The notes under the pieces were generated by a model. The model was not told where the DNA came from. It saw only the letters and a program-made list of their open reading frames with translations, and made no database searches. A DNA stretch of 64,000 bases from a bacterium. Its GTDB lineage: Bacteria; Oederibacteriota; PGYV01. Positions within the stretch are counted from its first letter, which is position 1, and every line of letters starts with the position of its first letter. The DNA lies in assembly GCA_029565735.1 (NCBI GenBank), contig JAKQNO010000070.1:22542-86541 (forward strand), given 5' to 3'. The position numbers and the translations under genes are program-made. Positions 1-9,666 of the stretch are shown piece after piece.

Positions 1-2
1 CC

Positions 3-1499
3 GCCGCGGAAACGCTGTCAGGCTTTTTTATTGCCGCGGCCGTACTATTTATATTTTTCGCGATAATCACGCCGGGAACCTATTATGACCAGCTTGTCTA
101 CCATCAGGGAATACCCGCAAGATACGCGGCGGAAGGCGGTTTTGTAAATACGCCGGAAAATATTTTTTCTTTTTTTCCGCAGCTGCACATGATGAACAAC
201 CTGTTCATATCATTCTTTGCGTATGAACTTACCGTAAAGATGATAAGTTTCGCGATGCTGGTTTTTTCTTATCTGGCTTTAAGAAGCGCGTTAAAATCCT
301 TAAAAATAAGCGGCAGGCTGCTTGCCGCGCTTTTCTTTACAGCCCCCCTTGTTGTGATTAACGCCACAAGGACAGGCTCGGAATTGCCTATGGTGTTTTT
401 TGTATCGCTGGTTATTTATGCCGTGTACTCCGCAGGCAAAGAACGGTACCTTTTGGCTTCGCTTTTTGCCGGCGCCTGCATGGCGATAAAGTATACGGGC
501 GTTTTTGTTTATGTTTTTACCGCGTTTTATTTTGTTTATGAGATGCTGATAAAAAAAGAAAAAGCATTCCGGCTGCTTTTGTGCCTTGCCGCGGGAGCGC
601 TAATAACCGCGCCGTATCTGATTAAAAATCTTGTTTTAACCGGGGACCCTGTATATCCTTTTTTTGCCGGGTTGTTTGGCGTAAAAGGTTATATGCTGTC
701 AGACGCTGACGCGTATATAGGCCACGTTTCAAATTTTGGTATTGGAACTGGAATAAAAGAATTTTTAATCTCGCCGTTTGTTGCCGTTTTTAAAAATATG
801 GCCTTTGGAGGCGACGCTGTTTCAGCCGCGCTTTTAATTGCCCCTCTTGCCCTGCTTGTAAGCGGAATTAAGAACATGTGGTTCCCGGCGTTTTTCGCGG
901 TTTTCTATTATACTGTGTGGTTTTTTACGGCGGGCGTTTTAAGGTTTCTGGCGCCTGTGGAAGCCGCGGCCGTGTTTATAATTGGCGCCGCGTATTCGCG
1001 CCTGGCGGAGCGCAATAAAGGAGTTTTTCTGAAAATACTTGCCGCGCTGCTGGTAATTTCACAGGCGGGAATTACGGTATATTTTGCGGAAAAGTATTTA
1101 TCGCCGTTTTCCTATTTCACCTCTGACAGGCAGTCCTATCTTGCGGAAAAACTTTCATATTATAAGCCGTGCGTAAAAATAAACGCCCTTCCGGGAAAAG
1201 CGGGTGTTTTATTTATGGGCGAAGCAAGGACGTTTTACTGCGAAAAACCTGCGGTCGCGCATACTGTTTTTAACACAAGGGAGTACCTGCCGCTTGAAGA
1301 AACAAAGTTTATAGAATACCTGAAGGAAAAAAATCTGGGTTACATATTTGTAAACAGGGCGGAACTTGAAAGGTTAAAAGGCGGCGGTTTTGGCGATGTT
1401 TATGAAGCCGTAAATTCCCCTGTTTTTCAGAAAATTATGGACAAACATTTTGAAAAAATATATAGTGATGTCAGCGGTGATGTCTACGTTAAAAAGTAA
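3..1499 (+). CDS. Polytopic membrane glycosyltransferase-like protein (GT39/ArnT/PMT_2-like); 5' end lies outside the window
   Basis: The frame is open from nt 3 with no stop before the ORF-track ATG at 189. Many hydrophobic helices. An N-terminal 'YYDQLVYH' segment and a soluble C-terminal domain fit ArnT/PMT-like enzymes. First gene of a glycan operon. Confidence 0.45.
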   Translation, partial: AAETLSGFFIAAAVLFIFFAIITPGTYYDQLVYHQGIPARYAAEGGFVNTPENIFSFFPQLHMMNNLFISFFAYELTVKMISFAMLVFSYLALRSALKSLKISGRLLAALFFTAPLVVINATRTGSELPMVFFVSLVIYAVYSAGKERYLLASLFAGACMAIKYTGVFVYVFTAFYFVYEMLIKKEKAFRLLLCLAAGALITAPYLIKNLVLTGDPVYPFFAGLFGVKGYMLSDADAYIGHVSNFGIGTGIKEFLISPFVAVFKNMAFGGDAVSAALLIAPLALLVSGIKNMWFPAFFAVFYYTVWFFTAGVLRFLAPVEAAAVFIIGAAYSRLAERNKGVFLKILAALLVISQAGITVYFAEKYLSPFSYFTSDRQSYLAEKLSYYKPCVKINALPGKAGVLFMGEARTFYCEKPAVAHTVFNTREYLPLEETKFIEYLKEKNLGYIFVNRAELERLKGGGFGDVYEAVNSPVFQKIMDKHFEKIYSDVSGDVYVKK

Positions 1500-1561
1500 T
1501 CTGCCGCCCGTTAAAGGCGTTTTTACGCTATAAAAAACTGTTTTTTGGCAGGGGAGGAAAG

Positions 1562-2590
1562 ATGGAATATTTTGTAATTGGAACCGCTTCTTTTATACTT
1601 GGCCTTATACTTGTCCCGCTTGCAATGAAAGCCGCGGCAGCATACGGTATTGTTGACAAGCCCGGCGGCGCGTTAAAAAAACATAAAAAACCCGTGCCTT
1701 ATCTGGGAGGGCTTGCGATATTTCTGGCGTTTGCCATTCCCGTGGTGGCCGCAAAACTTATCCTTCATCAGTCACTGTACGGCGTTGTGGGGATAATGGC
1801 CGGAGCCACGATAATGGTGGTAATGGGCCTTATTGACGACATTAAAGGGCTTACCCCGTACGTAAAACTGGCTGTCCAGCTGGTAACCGCGCTTATTATA
1901 ATAAAGGTAAACATGAACATTAAATTCATGGACAACAACATATTAAATATGATGCTTACAATAATATGGGTCGTTGGCATTACAAACGCGATGAACCTTC
2001 TGGATATTATGGACGGCCTTGCCGGCGGGGTCGCGGCAGCGGCATCGGTCGCGTTTTTTATAGCGGCATCCCTTGCCGGAAGGGCGAATAACATGATACC
2101 TGCAATAGCGCTTTTTGGCGCGCTGTGCGCCTTTCTGGTTTACAACTGGAAGCCCGCCAAAATATACATGGGCGACGCGGGGTCGCTTTTTCTTGGTTTT
2201 ATGATGGCGTCGCTGGCGTTAAATGAAAGTTATTCCAGGACCAATTTTGTATCGGTTTTAAGCCCTCTTTTAATACTGGGCGTCCCTATATTTGATACCT
2301 TCCTTGTGATGATGATAAGGATGGGCAAAGGCGTTCTTCCGATTTACGGAAGCAATGACCATACAGCGCAGAGGCTTTTAATGATGGGTATGTCAAAACA
2401 GGGCGCTGTGGTGTCAATGATAGGCATGACAGTTCTGCTCTCCGCGCTTGCCATAGCCGGAACTTTCATGAAAATAAATTCCGCCACGCTTTTATACCTT
2501 GGCGTCGCGGTGGCGGGAATGATGCTGGCGATGCTAATAGCCTCTGTTGACATGAAAAATTATCATAAGGTCGTGCATAAAAAAAGATGA
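1562..2590 (+). CDS. Polyprenyl-phosphate sugar-1-phosphate transferase (MraY/WecA/TagO family)
   Basis: Motifs GLIDDIKGL, NAMNLLDIMDGLAGG and YMGDAGSLFLGF; about 10 TM helices. RBS GGGGAGG lies upstream. Stop overlaps the next start (ATGA at 2587-2590). Confidence 0.85.
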   Translation: MEYFVIGTASFILGLILVPLAMKAAAAYGIVDKPGGALKKHKKPVPYLGGLAIFLAFAIPVVAAKLILHQSLYGVVGIMAGATIMVVMGLIDDIKGLTPYVKLAVQLVTALIIIKVNMNIKFMDNNILNMMLTIIWVVGITNAMNLLDIMDGLAGGVAAAASVAFFIAASLAGRANNMIPAIALFGALCAFLVYNWKPAKIYMGDAGSLFLGFMMASLALNESYSRTNFVSVLSPLLILGVPIFDTFLVMMIRMGKGVLPIYGSNDHTAQRLLMMGMSKQGAVVSMIGMTVLLSALAIAGTFMKINSATLLYLGVAVAGMMLAMLIASVDMKNYHKVVHKKR

Positions 2591-3855
2591 AAACCGTCAT
2601 CATAGGCGCGGGGTTTGCGGGGCTGTCGGCGGCCCATATTCTAAAAGATAATTTTATTATCCTTGAAGCCGGGGCAAGGCCCGGCGGCCTGTGCAGGACA
2701 GAAGTAAAAGGCGGGTTCACCTTTGATTACACCGGGCACCTGATGCACCTAAGGCACAAAGAAACCGAAAAATTCATCCTTAAACACACTCCCGTAAAAA
2801 TGAATAAAATAAAGCGCAAAGCCGTGATTTTCAGCAGCGGGGTATATACAAAATATCCGTATCAGGCAAACAACTACGGCCTTCCGCCGGAAACAGTGGA
2901 AGAAAATTTAACCGGGTTCATCAGGGCAAAACTTAATAATAAAGAGGATAAAAGCAGTTTTAAAAACTGGTGTTTGTCTGTGATGGGCGAAGGCATTTCA
3001 AAAAATTTCATGCTGCCGTACAACAGCAAACTGTTAAAACACCCCCTTGATAAGATAACGCTTTCGTGGCTGGGCAGGTTTGTGCCAAGGCCGGAAATTG
3101 AGGACATAATTAAGGGCATTGAAGAAAAAGGTAAAGAGGGCGCCGGATATAACGCAAGTTTTTATTATCCGGAACGCGGCGGAATTGAATCAGTTATACG
3201 CGGCATTTACGGGCCGGTTAAAGATAAAGTGATATTAAACACGGCAGTGAAAAAAGTTGACCTTAAAAACAGGATTGTTTATTTCTCTTCCGGCGAGATA
3301 AAGTACGACAGGTTAATTTCCACAATGCCGTTAAAAAAGTTCTTAATGCTGACCGGAAATTCCGGTTATATTAAGGCGGCAAAAGGTTTAAAGGCAAGGA
3401 CGGTGTATTCGTTAAACGTGGGTTATAAAACGGCGTCTCCCACGGATATAAACTGGGTATATGTTCCGGAACCTGAATATCCTTTTTACAGGATAGGTTT
3501 TCCGCATACTTTTTCCACGTACAACGCGCCTGCCGGTTTAAGTTCCGTGTTTGCGGAAGTATCCGTAAAAGGCGCGGTTCCAAAAAACATTGACAGCGAA
3601 ATAATAAAAGGCCTTATAAAGATGAAGGTGTTAAGAAATAAAAGCGATATAAAAACATCATTGCCTTTATTGCTGCCGGACGCGTATGTGATATTTGACA
3701 GTTACAGGGACTCAACAGTGCCGGAGATTGAAAAAAAATTAAACGCGCAGGGCGTAATAACCGCAGGGCGCTGGGGAAAGTGGGAATATTCTTCCATGGA
3801 AGACGCTGTTATGGAAGGTATGCAAGCCGCTAAAAAAGCGGCCGGAGGCGCATAA
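2587..3855 (+). CDS. FAD flavoenzyme, UDP-galactopyranose mutase-like (long, eukaryote-type architecture)
   Basis: N-terminal Rossmann motif IIGAGFAGLSAA...EAGARPGG. Segments GFTFDYTGHLMH, YPYQANNYGLP, MLPYNSKL, FYYPERGGIES, PFYRIGF and AGRWGKWEYSSMEDA match recalled motifs of long-form UGMs. Confidence 0.6.
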   Translation: MKTVIIGAGFAGLSAAHILKDNFIILEAGARPGGLCRTEVKGGFTFDYTGHLMHLRHKETEKFILKHTPVKMNKIKRKAVIFSSGVYTKYPYQANNYGLPPETVEENLTGFIRAKLNNKEDKSSFKNWCLSVMGEGISKNFMLPYNSKLLKHPLDKITLSWLGRFVPRPEIEDIIKGIEEKGKEGAGYNASFYYPERGGIESVIRGIYGPVKDKVILNTAVKKVDLKNRIVYFSSGEIKYDRLISTMPLKKFLMLTGNSGYIKAAKGLKARTVYSLNVGYKTASPTDINWVYVPEPEYPFYRIGFPHTFSTYNAPAGLSSVFAEVSVKGAVPKNIDSEIIKGLIKMKVLRNKSDIKTSLPLLLPDAYVIFDSYRDSTVPEIEKKLNAQGVITAGRWGKWEYSSMEDAVMEGMQAAKKAAGGA

Positions 3856-4995
3856 ATGGCTGACAGAATTAACATTGCAATTGTAATAACCAGGCTGGAT
3901 CTGGGCGGGGCGCAGAAGGTGGCGCTTTACCTTGCGAAATATTTAGATAAAAAGAAATTTAACGTCCACCTTATTGCCGGCAGCGGCGGATATCTGGATA
4001 AAGAAGCAATAACTCAAAAAAACGGTGCCGTTTATCAGCTGTGGCCTGAAATAAAACATCCTATAAGCCCCATTAATGATTTTAAAGCCGTCTTAAAACT
4101 GAAGAAATATTTCGTTGAAAACAAAATAGATATTGTCCATACGCATTCTTCCAAGGCGGGAATAATAGGAAGGCTTGCCGCGCGTCTTGCAGGCGTAAAA
4201 AGGATAATTCACACAATACACGGGTTTTCATTCCACGAACATCAGAATCCCGTTGTGTTTTCGCTTTACAGGCTCCTTGAAATATTTTTTTCCGCGTTTA
4301 CGGATAATTTTATCGCTGTCGGCGGGGATATGGTTGATTACGGCGTGACAGAAGGCGTTGGATGGCGCGGCAAATATACCGTCATAAGGGCGGGAGTGGA
4401 ACTTAAAAAATTTAAAAAAGCGTCATCAGGATATAAAAAGGCAAGAAAAAAGTTTGGGGTAAAACCCGGGCAGTTTTTGGTGGGAATGATAGGCAATTTA
4501 AAAAAGCAAAAAAATCCTTTGGCTTTTGTTAAAATCGCAAAAATAGCCGCTGAAAAAAATCCTTCAATTGTGTTTAAATTCGCCGGTGACGGCGCTTTAA
4601 GAACAAAGACAGAAGCCATGATAACGCGCTATGGCCTGAATGATAAGGTTCAGCTTTTGGGGTGGATTGACAATCCGGAAGAATTCATGGCAGCGTGCGA
4701 TATGTTCCTGCTTACATCTTTATGGGAAGGGCTTCCGTGCACCCTTGCGCAGGCAGCGGCCGCAGGAAAGGTGTGCGCGGCTTCGGATATTTATGGGAAC
4801 AGGGAAATGATAAAAGGCCTTGGCGCGGGGTATCTTTTTAAACCGGAAGACTTTAAAGCCGCGGCGTCTTATATATATGAAGAGTCAAAAAGTGGCAAAA
4901 AGCCGGTTTACGGCAGTCAGGCGGCAAAATACCTTTCGCAGTTTGACGCGGATATTATGGTAAAGCAGCATGAAAAACTGTACCTTATACGGTAA
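3856..4995 (+). CDS. Glycosyltransferase family 4 (GT-B fold)
   Basis: Start directly follows the previous stop (TAA ATG). N-terminal 'LGGAQKV' and C-terminal EX7E-type motif 'EGLPCTLAQAAAAGKVCAASDIYGNREMI'. Confidence 0.8.
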   Translation: MADRINIAIVITRLDLGGAQKVALYLAKYLDKKKFNVHLIAGSGGYLDKEAITQKNGAVYQLWPEIKHPISPINDFKAVLKLKKYFVENKIDIVHTHSSKAGIIGRLAARLAGVKRIIHTIHGFSFHEHQNPVVFSLYRLLEIFFSAFTDNFIAVGGDMVDYGVTEGVGWRGKYTVIRAGVELKKFKKASSGYKKARKKFGVKPGQFLVGMIGNLKKQKNPLAFVKIAKIAAEKNPSIVFKFAGDGALRTKTEAMITRYGLNDKVQLLGWIDNPEEFMAACDMFLLTSLWEGLPCTLAQAAAAGKVCAASDIYGNREMIKGLGAGYLFKPEDFKAAASYIYEESKSGKKPVYGSQAAKYLSQFDADIMVKQHEKLYLIR

Positions 4996-5136
4996 AATTT
5001 TTTTTATGCGTGTAAACCAAAATAAACCCTTTTGCGTCTATCTTAAAGAAAACCGGAGGTTAAATATATTAGAAATTCACTTTTAGCGTATTTTATGATA
5101 TATTTAAATTCCAATCAAAAAAAGGAGGGAAAGGCA

Positions 5137-5712
5137 ATGATGAAAGCAAAAAGTGTGTTGTTTTTGGTAATTTTCTCGGTTTTTGCGGCAGCTGTTTTTG
5201 CGGGTGTGACTGAAAATGCGGAAGGCGGATTCAAAGGTTCTGTAACTGAAAAGGTGGAAAAATTAATGGCCACCAATCAGGACACGGAGCGGACCTACTA
5301 TCCAAGGGATATGAGGCCGAATGACATCGCGATTGTGGGCGGAATGCCTTTAATCGCCGGAGTTGCTTACGGCTACAACATCAACCCAAACTTCCAGATA
5401 GCCCTTGGCGCCGGAGCGTTCTTTCCGGGAATCACGGCTGACTTATCAGTAAAATGGTTCTTTATGCCTACTACTATTACCCCTTACATCGCGGCGGGTA
5501 TGACTTACGTCGGCGCGCTTGACAAGACGGTTATGGCAGGGCATTTTGACGCGGGTGTTGACGTGGCGCTGGAAAACGCGCTTGGCATAAGCCTTGGAAT
5601 GGTTTACATGAGAAGTTTTTCGGATATGGCAGACCCGTTTGACACGGCGTGGGGCGAAACAAACAAGATAGACAACCTTGGGCTTCAGGGCGGAATTCAC
5701 TTCAGGTTTTAA
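5137..5712 (+). CDS. Small outer-membrane beta-barrel protein
   Basis: RBS AAGGAGGG lies 8 nt before ATG 5137 (the ORF-track start 5095 has no RBS). Signal peptide MMKAKSVLFLVIFSVFAAAVFAG. Alternating hydrophobic strands and a C-terminal ...HFRF aromatic end. Confidence 0.55.
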   Translation: MMKAKSVLFLVIFSVFAAAVFAGVTENAEGGFKGSVTEKVEKLMATNQDTERTYYPRDMRPNDIAIVGGMPLIAGVAYGYNINPNFQIALGAGAFFPGITADLSVKWFFMPTTITPYIAAGMTYVGALDKTVMAGHFDAGVDVALENALGISLGMVYMRSFSDMADPFDTAWGETNKIDNLGLQGGIHFRF

Positions 5713-5742
5713 TTAAAAAATTATATAAAGGAGGAAGGCGTT

Positions 5743-6345
5743 ATGAAGAAATTGGCAATGGTTTTAGCTGTGCTTGTAATCGCCATGGTTGCGGTTTCAT
5801 GCGCGGGGACAACAGTAAAAAGGGTTGAAACCGACACTGTTATGGACCTGTCCGGAAGATGGAACGATACGGACGCCCAACTTGTGGCGGAACAGATGGT
5901 AAAGGAAATGCTTGAAAGGCCGTGGTTAAGAAGGTTCCTTAAGGAAACAGGAAAAGAACCGCGCGTAATTGTGGGCGATATCAGGAACAAAACAGAGGAA
6001 CATATTGAAGTTGAAACATTCAGGAAAGATATTGAAAAAGAGCTTACCAATTCAGGCGACGTGCGTTTTGTGGCAAGCGCGGCTGAAAGGGAAGAGATAA
6101 GAAAAGAACGCGAAGATATGCAGGAATACTCTTCGGAATCAACAATGAAACAGTTTAAGAAAGAAACAGCGGCTGACTATATGTTAAAAGGCGTCATCAC
6201 TTCAATTTCTGACGCGGCTGCCGGCAAAAAGGTAATTTACTACCAGATAGACCTGGAGCTTTTTGACACTGAATCAAACGAAAAAGCATGGGTCGGACAG
6301 AAGAAGATAAAGAAAATAATAGACAAACCGGGAATAGGTTTCTAA
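5743..6345 (+). CDS. Lipoprotein, LpoB-like (COG3417-type) domain
   Basis: Lipobox AVSC|AG. Segment 'GRWNDTDAQLVAEQMVKEML...PRVIVGDIRNKTEEHI...DYMLKGVITSI' fits the LpoB/Lpp20-like fold family. RBS AAGGAGGAAGG. Confidence 0.6.
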   Translation: MKKLAMVLAVLVIAMVAVSCAGTTVKRVETDTVMDLSGRWNDTDAQLVAEQMVKEMLERPWLRRFLKETGKEPRVIVGDIRNKTEEHIEVETFRKDIEKELTNSGDVRFVASAAEREEIRKEREDMQEYSSESTMKQFKKETAADYMLKGVITSISDAAAGKKVIYYQIDLELFDTESNEKAWVGQKKIKKIIDKPGIGF

Positions 6346-6351
6346 TCAGTC

Positions 6352-7638
6352 ATGAAAAAGATAATCCTCATCACGGCACTTGCCGCCTTTTTTCTGGGCG
6401 GCTGTGCCGCGATGAGTTTTTACAAAAAAGTGGACATGCAGATGGGCGCGGGGCAGTTTGCCGAAGCAGACAAAGTAATTGAAGAATCAAAGGACAATTA
6501 CAAAGGCGAACACGAACTGCTTTATTATTTTGACAAGGGCGCCATTCTTCAGATGATGGGCGAATACAAAGAAAGCACGAAACACCTTGAAAACGCCGAA
6601 CTGAAAGTGGAATCGCTTTACACCAAAAGCGCCACGCAGCACATAGGGTCGTTTCTGACAAACGACATGAGCCTTCCTTACGAAGGCGAGGATTTTGAAC
6701 AGGTAATGATTAATATTATGAAGTGCCTTAATTTCCTGTATGCCGGGGACGCGTCCGGCGCGCAGGTGGAGGCAAGAAAAGTAAACAACAGGCTTAATCT
6801 TATAAATGACAGGTACGAAGGAAAGTCAATATATAAAGAAGACGCGTTTGCAAGGTATCTGTCCGCGATAGCGTATGAATTAAAGGGCGATTACAATGAC
6901 GCCTATATTGATTATAAAAAAAGCCTTGCGGGGTATACGGATTACGCCTCGCTTTACGGCACTGAAATTCCGCAGAGGGTAAAGCTTGACATATTAAGGA
7001 CAGCGGAAGCGTTAAAGTTTTACGACGACCTGAAAGAATATAAGGAAGAATTCGGAATTCAGTCCTACCCGCGGCACGCGGACACAAGGGATAAGGGCGA
7101 AGTTATATTTGTGGTGTACGACGGCATGGCCCCTTACAAGGTAAGCAAACAGCAAAACGCGGCTGTTAAGGATAAAAACGGAAAACCGTATCTGGTAACA
7201 GTGGCTTTCCCGGTTTTTATGCCGCGCGGCAGCGTTGTAAATTCGGTTTACGTTGACGGCGAAGCCCCGGCTTTTGAGGCGGAAAACCTTACAGCCATAG
7301 CGCTTAAAAATCTTGAACATAAAAACGGCCTTATATACGCGAAAGCTGTGGCAAGGGCTGCGGCAAAATTTTTCGCGTCGCAGGCCTTATCCGATAACGG
7401 CAAGAACAGCACAATGAGCCTGCTTATGAACATTTATAGCTATGCGTCGGAACAGGCGGATACAAGAAGTTGGAGGACGCTGCCTTCAAGGTTTATCATC
7501 GCAAGGAAGTATTATCAGCCCGGCAAAAGGACAATTAACCTGACCCTTGATACAGCTACAGGGCGCAGGGAAATACCGTTTGAGATAAAGCTTAAAGCAG
7601 GTTCCAAAAAAATAATTCCGGTTTATGCCTTTAACTGA
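6352..7638 (+). CDS. Lipoprotein with N-terminal TPR-like helical repeats (COG3014-like), function unknown
   Basis: Lipobox FLGGC. Helical repeats (YYFDKGAILQMMGEYKES, ARYLSAIAYELKGDYNDA). Lies 6 nt after the LpoB-like gene. Confidence 0.5.
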   Translation: MKKIILITALAAFFLGGCAAMSFYKKVDMQMGAGQFAEADKVIEESKDNYKGEHELLYYFDKGAILQMMGEYKESTKHLENAELKVESLYTKSATQHIGSFLTNDMSLPYEGEDFEQVMINIMKCLNFLYAGDASGAQVEARKVNNRLNLINDRYEGKSIYKEDAFARYLSAIAYELKGDYNDAYIDYKKSLAGYTDYASLYGTEIPQRVKLDILRTAEALKFYDDLKEYKEEFGIQSYPRHADTRDKGEVIFVVYDGMAPYKVSKQQNAAVKDKNGKPYLVTVAFPVFMPRGSVVNSVYVDGEAPAFEAENLTAIALKNLEHKNGLIYAKAVARAAAKFFASQALSDNGKNSTMSLLMNIYSYASEQADTRSWRTLPSRFIIARKYYQPGKRTINLTLDTATGRREIPFEIKLKAGSKKIIPVYAFN

Positions 7639-7706
7639 AGTAAACAAAAAATGAATTGCTTCCGTCAAACTGACAGAAGTAAAAAATGAAAAGGAGGAAC
7701 AGAAAA

Positions 7707-8300
7707 ATGAGACTAAAAACATCGGTTACGGCGGTGCTGGCGGTTCTTATGGCCGCGGCGGTTTATGCCTACATACCGGAAAACACGGAAGAAAACGGTT
7801 TTGACCAGAGGGTGGTTACGGCGTCAGAGGATGTATCCGCTCTGGTGGAAGACGGGGTAAAGGCAATAAGGCAGGAAGTTGTAAGCTCCAGCTACAGTAA
7901 CGAACGCACAAGCGAACTTACGGGGCGTGGAATAAAGGAAAGCGAAAGCGGCAGCGAAGAAGTGGCCTCAAAAGAGATACTTTATTTTGAGCCAAAAGAA
8001 GAGATTTATGAAGCGCAGGAAATGATGGATGAGATGCTTCTGTGGCTTGAAGTTTACCGCACAACAGACGGAAGCGATGTGGTTGTGTTCAAGAAGATAA
8101 AAGAGCTTGTAAAGTCAAAGAAAGCCAACATTGACAGCCTGATAGACGCCTTAAAATACCAGAAAGACAACAAGGATTCTGTGCTTGAAATTAAGAGAAA
8201 GATAAAGAAAAACGACAAGGACCTTAAGTTTAATTTAAAAAGGCTTAAAGGGGATATAAAACTTATTTCAGGAAAGCCCCTTCCGGAGCCTAAAGAGTAA
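7707..8300 (+). CDS. Exported K/E-rich coiled-coil protein, unknown function
   Basis: RBS AAGGAGG lies 9 nt upstream of ATG 7707. Signal-like MRLKTSVTAVLAVLMAAAVYAY. The rest is charged and helical. Confidence 0.4.
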   Translation: MRLKTSVTAVLAVLMAAAVYAYIPENTEENGFDQRVVTASEDVSALVEDGVKAIRQEVVSSSYSNERTSELTGRGIKESESGSEEVASKEILYFEPKEEIYEAQEMMDEMLLWLEVYRTTDGSDVVVFKKIKELVKSKKANIDSLIDALKYQKDNKDSVLEIKRKIKKNDKDLKFNLKRLKGDIKLISGKPLPEPKE

Positions 8301-8315
8301 TAACGGGCAGTATTC

Positions 8316-8346
8316 AAAAGCCGGGGCTATAAGCCCCGGCTTTTTT
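8316..8346. terminator. Bidirectional rho-independent terminator between convergent genes
   Basis: AAAA-GCCGGGGC-TATAA-GCCCCGGC-TTTTTT. The 8-bp GC stem has A/T runs on both sides. Confidence 0.75.
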
Positions 8347-9421
8347 ATTTTCTTTTGTTCTTGATTTCCAGCGTGTTCTTAATCATCTTGCCAAAGCTGC
8401 GTTCTTTTTTCTTTCTTTCCAGCGCAGCACCTTCATCGGTCTTGGACCGTATAAATTCCATTTCACGGCGCAGTTTAAAGTAGCTTCTTAAAATCTCCGG
8501 CGCTATCAAGCCTTTTTCAGCCGCTTCTTTTACGGCGCAGCCAGGTTCGTTTTCGTGAAGGCAGTCCTTAAACCTGCAGTTCTGCGCGTATTCAAGGACA
8601 ATGTCAAATCCGGGCGCGGATGCGCCTTCGTCATCCCAAAGCTGAAGTTCCCTAATGCCGGGCGTGTCAATAACCATGCCGCAGTTATCTATAAAATAAA
8701 GCTGGCGCGCCACGGTTGTATGCCTTCCACTGGAATCGTCCTCGCGGACTTCGTGAGTCTGTGCTACCTGCCTGCCGGCAAGGCTGTTTATAATTGTGGA
8801 CTTGCCCGCGCCTGAAGAACCCACAAAAACAGATGTCATGCCTTCGCGCATAAAGTTTTTAAGATTATCCATATTGCTGCCGGTTTTCGCGCTTATTTCA
8901 ATTACAGGAACAGGGGAAAGCAGGTTAATTGTTTTTTCAAGTATCTGCGGTGCTTCGGGGTTGATATCGGATTTGTTAAGCACTGCAACAGGCGAAATTC
9001 CCGTGTTTTTAATTGAAGCCGCGTATCTTAAAAGGCGCATTGGGTTGTAATTGTTGTCAAGGCCCTGAACCACAAAAATTGTGTCAATGTTTGAAGCCAT
9101 GATCTGTTCCAAAGTTTTAACGCCTGCCGCTTTTCTTGAAAAGCAGGTGCGGCGCGGCACAAGGCCGTGTATTATGGCTTTTTGCTCGGCGGGAAATTCG
9201 GATACCGCTACCCAGTCGCCTGTCTTGGGGTAATCCGACGGCGTTATTGCGGTGAACATGAATCTGCCGGATACTTCGCCGGCTATTTCGGCTTCGCCCG
9301 TGTGCAATATGTACCTTTCCCTGTGCTCTGCTATTACGCGCGCGGGGGTAAGGCCTTCTTTTCTGAAAGGTTCAAATTCCTCTTCAAACCTGCTGTCCCA
9401 TCCCAGTTGTTCCTGTGTCAT
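8345..9421 (-). CDS. rsgA: Ribosome small-subunit-dependent GTPase A
   Basis: Circularly permuted GTPase motifs (NKSD ... GSSGAGKSTIINSL ... DTPG). C-terminal Zn knuckle CRFKDCLHENEPGCAV. Confidence 0.9.
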   Translation of the reverse strand: MTQEQLGWDSRFEEEFEPFRKEGLTPARVIAEHRERYILHTGEAEIAGEVSGRFMFTAITPSDYPKTGDWVAVSEFPAEQKAIIHGLVPRRTCFSRKAAGVKTLEQIMASNIDTIFVVQGLDNNYNPMRLLRYAASIKNTGISPVAVLNKSDINPEAPQILEKTINLLSPVPVIEISAKTGSNMDNLKNFMREGMTSVFVGSSGAGKSTIINSLAGRQVAQTHEVREDDSSGRHTTVARQLYFIDNCGMVIDTPGIRELQLWDDEGASAPGFDIVLEYAQNCRFKDCLHENEPGCAVKEAAEKGLIAPEILRSYFKLRREMEFIRSKTDEGAALERKKKERSFGKMIKNTLEIKNKRK

Positions 9422-9666
9422 AGCAAAATACTACCACTCCCCGCGAGTATAATCAATAGGCCTATAAATTGCTGTTAGCGGTTGCAGCCCATGAAAGAAG
9501 AATATCCTTTATTTATCTTGAGTTATCTGTTAGATTTTAATCAAGACATCAAAGAATCATATAGGGTTTGATAAATGGAACGGCAACTGGGAATGATTTT
9601 ATCCAATATACATTATCGCGTTATAATAAAGGCATAATTACTTTTATTAAAAATAGGAGTGTTTAA

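Noticed and set aside
189-1499. ORF-track start (ATG 189) for the first gene
   Set aside because: The same frame is open back to nt 3 and encodes plausible TM sequence. The gene almost certainly begins upstream of the window, so it is reported as a 5'-partial CDS.
5095-5136. Upstream ORF-track starts at 5095, 7686, 12862, 14216, 14715, 38850, 54981, 57479 and 58842
   Set aside because: Each extends into the preceding gene or lacks an RBS. An internal ATG or GTG with a good Shine-Dalgarno at the expected spacing, and a sensible N-terminus, is present instead. Revised starts are 5137, 7707, 12964, 14261, 14730, 38910, 55017, 57512 and 58989.
6288-6482. Short overlapping + strand ORFs in alternative frames: 6288-6482, 53665-53883, 42726-42944, 36450-36665 and others
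   Set aside because: They are fully embedded in better-supported genes, with basic low-complexity translations and no RBS.
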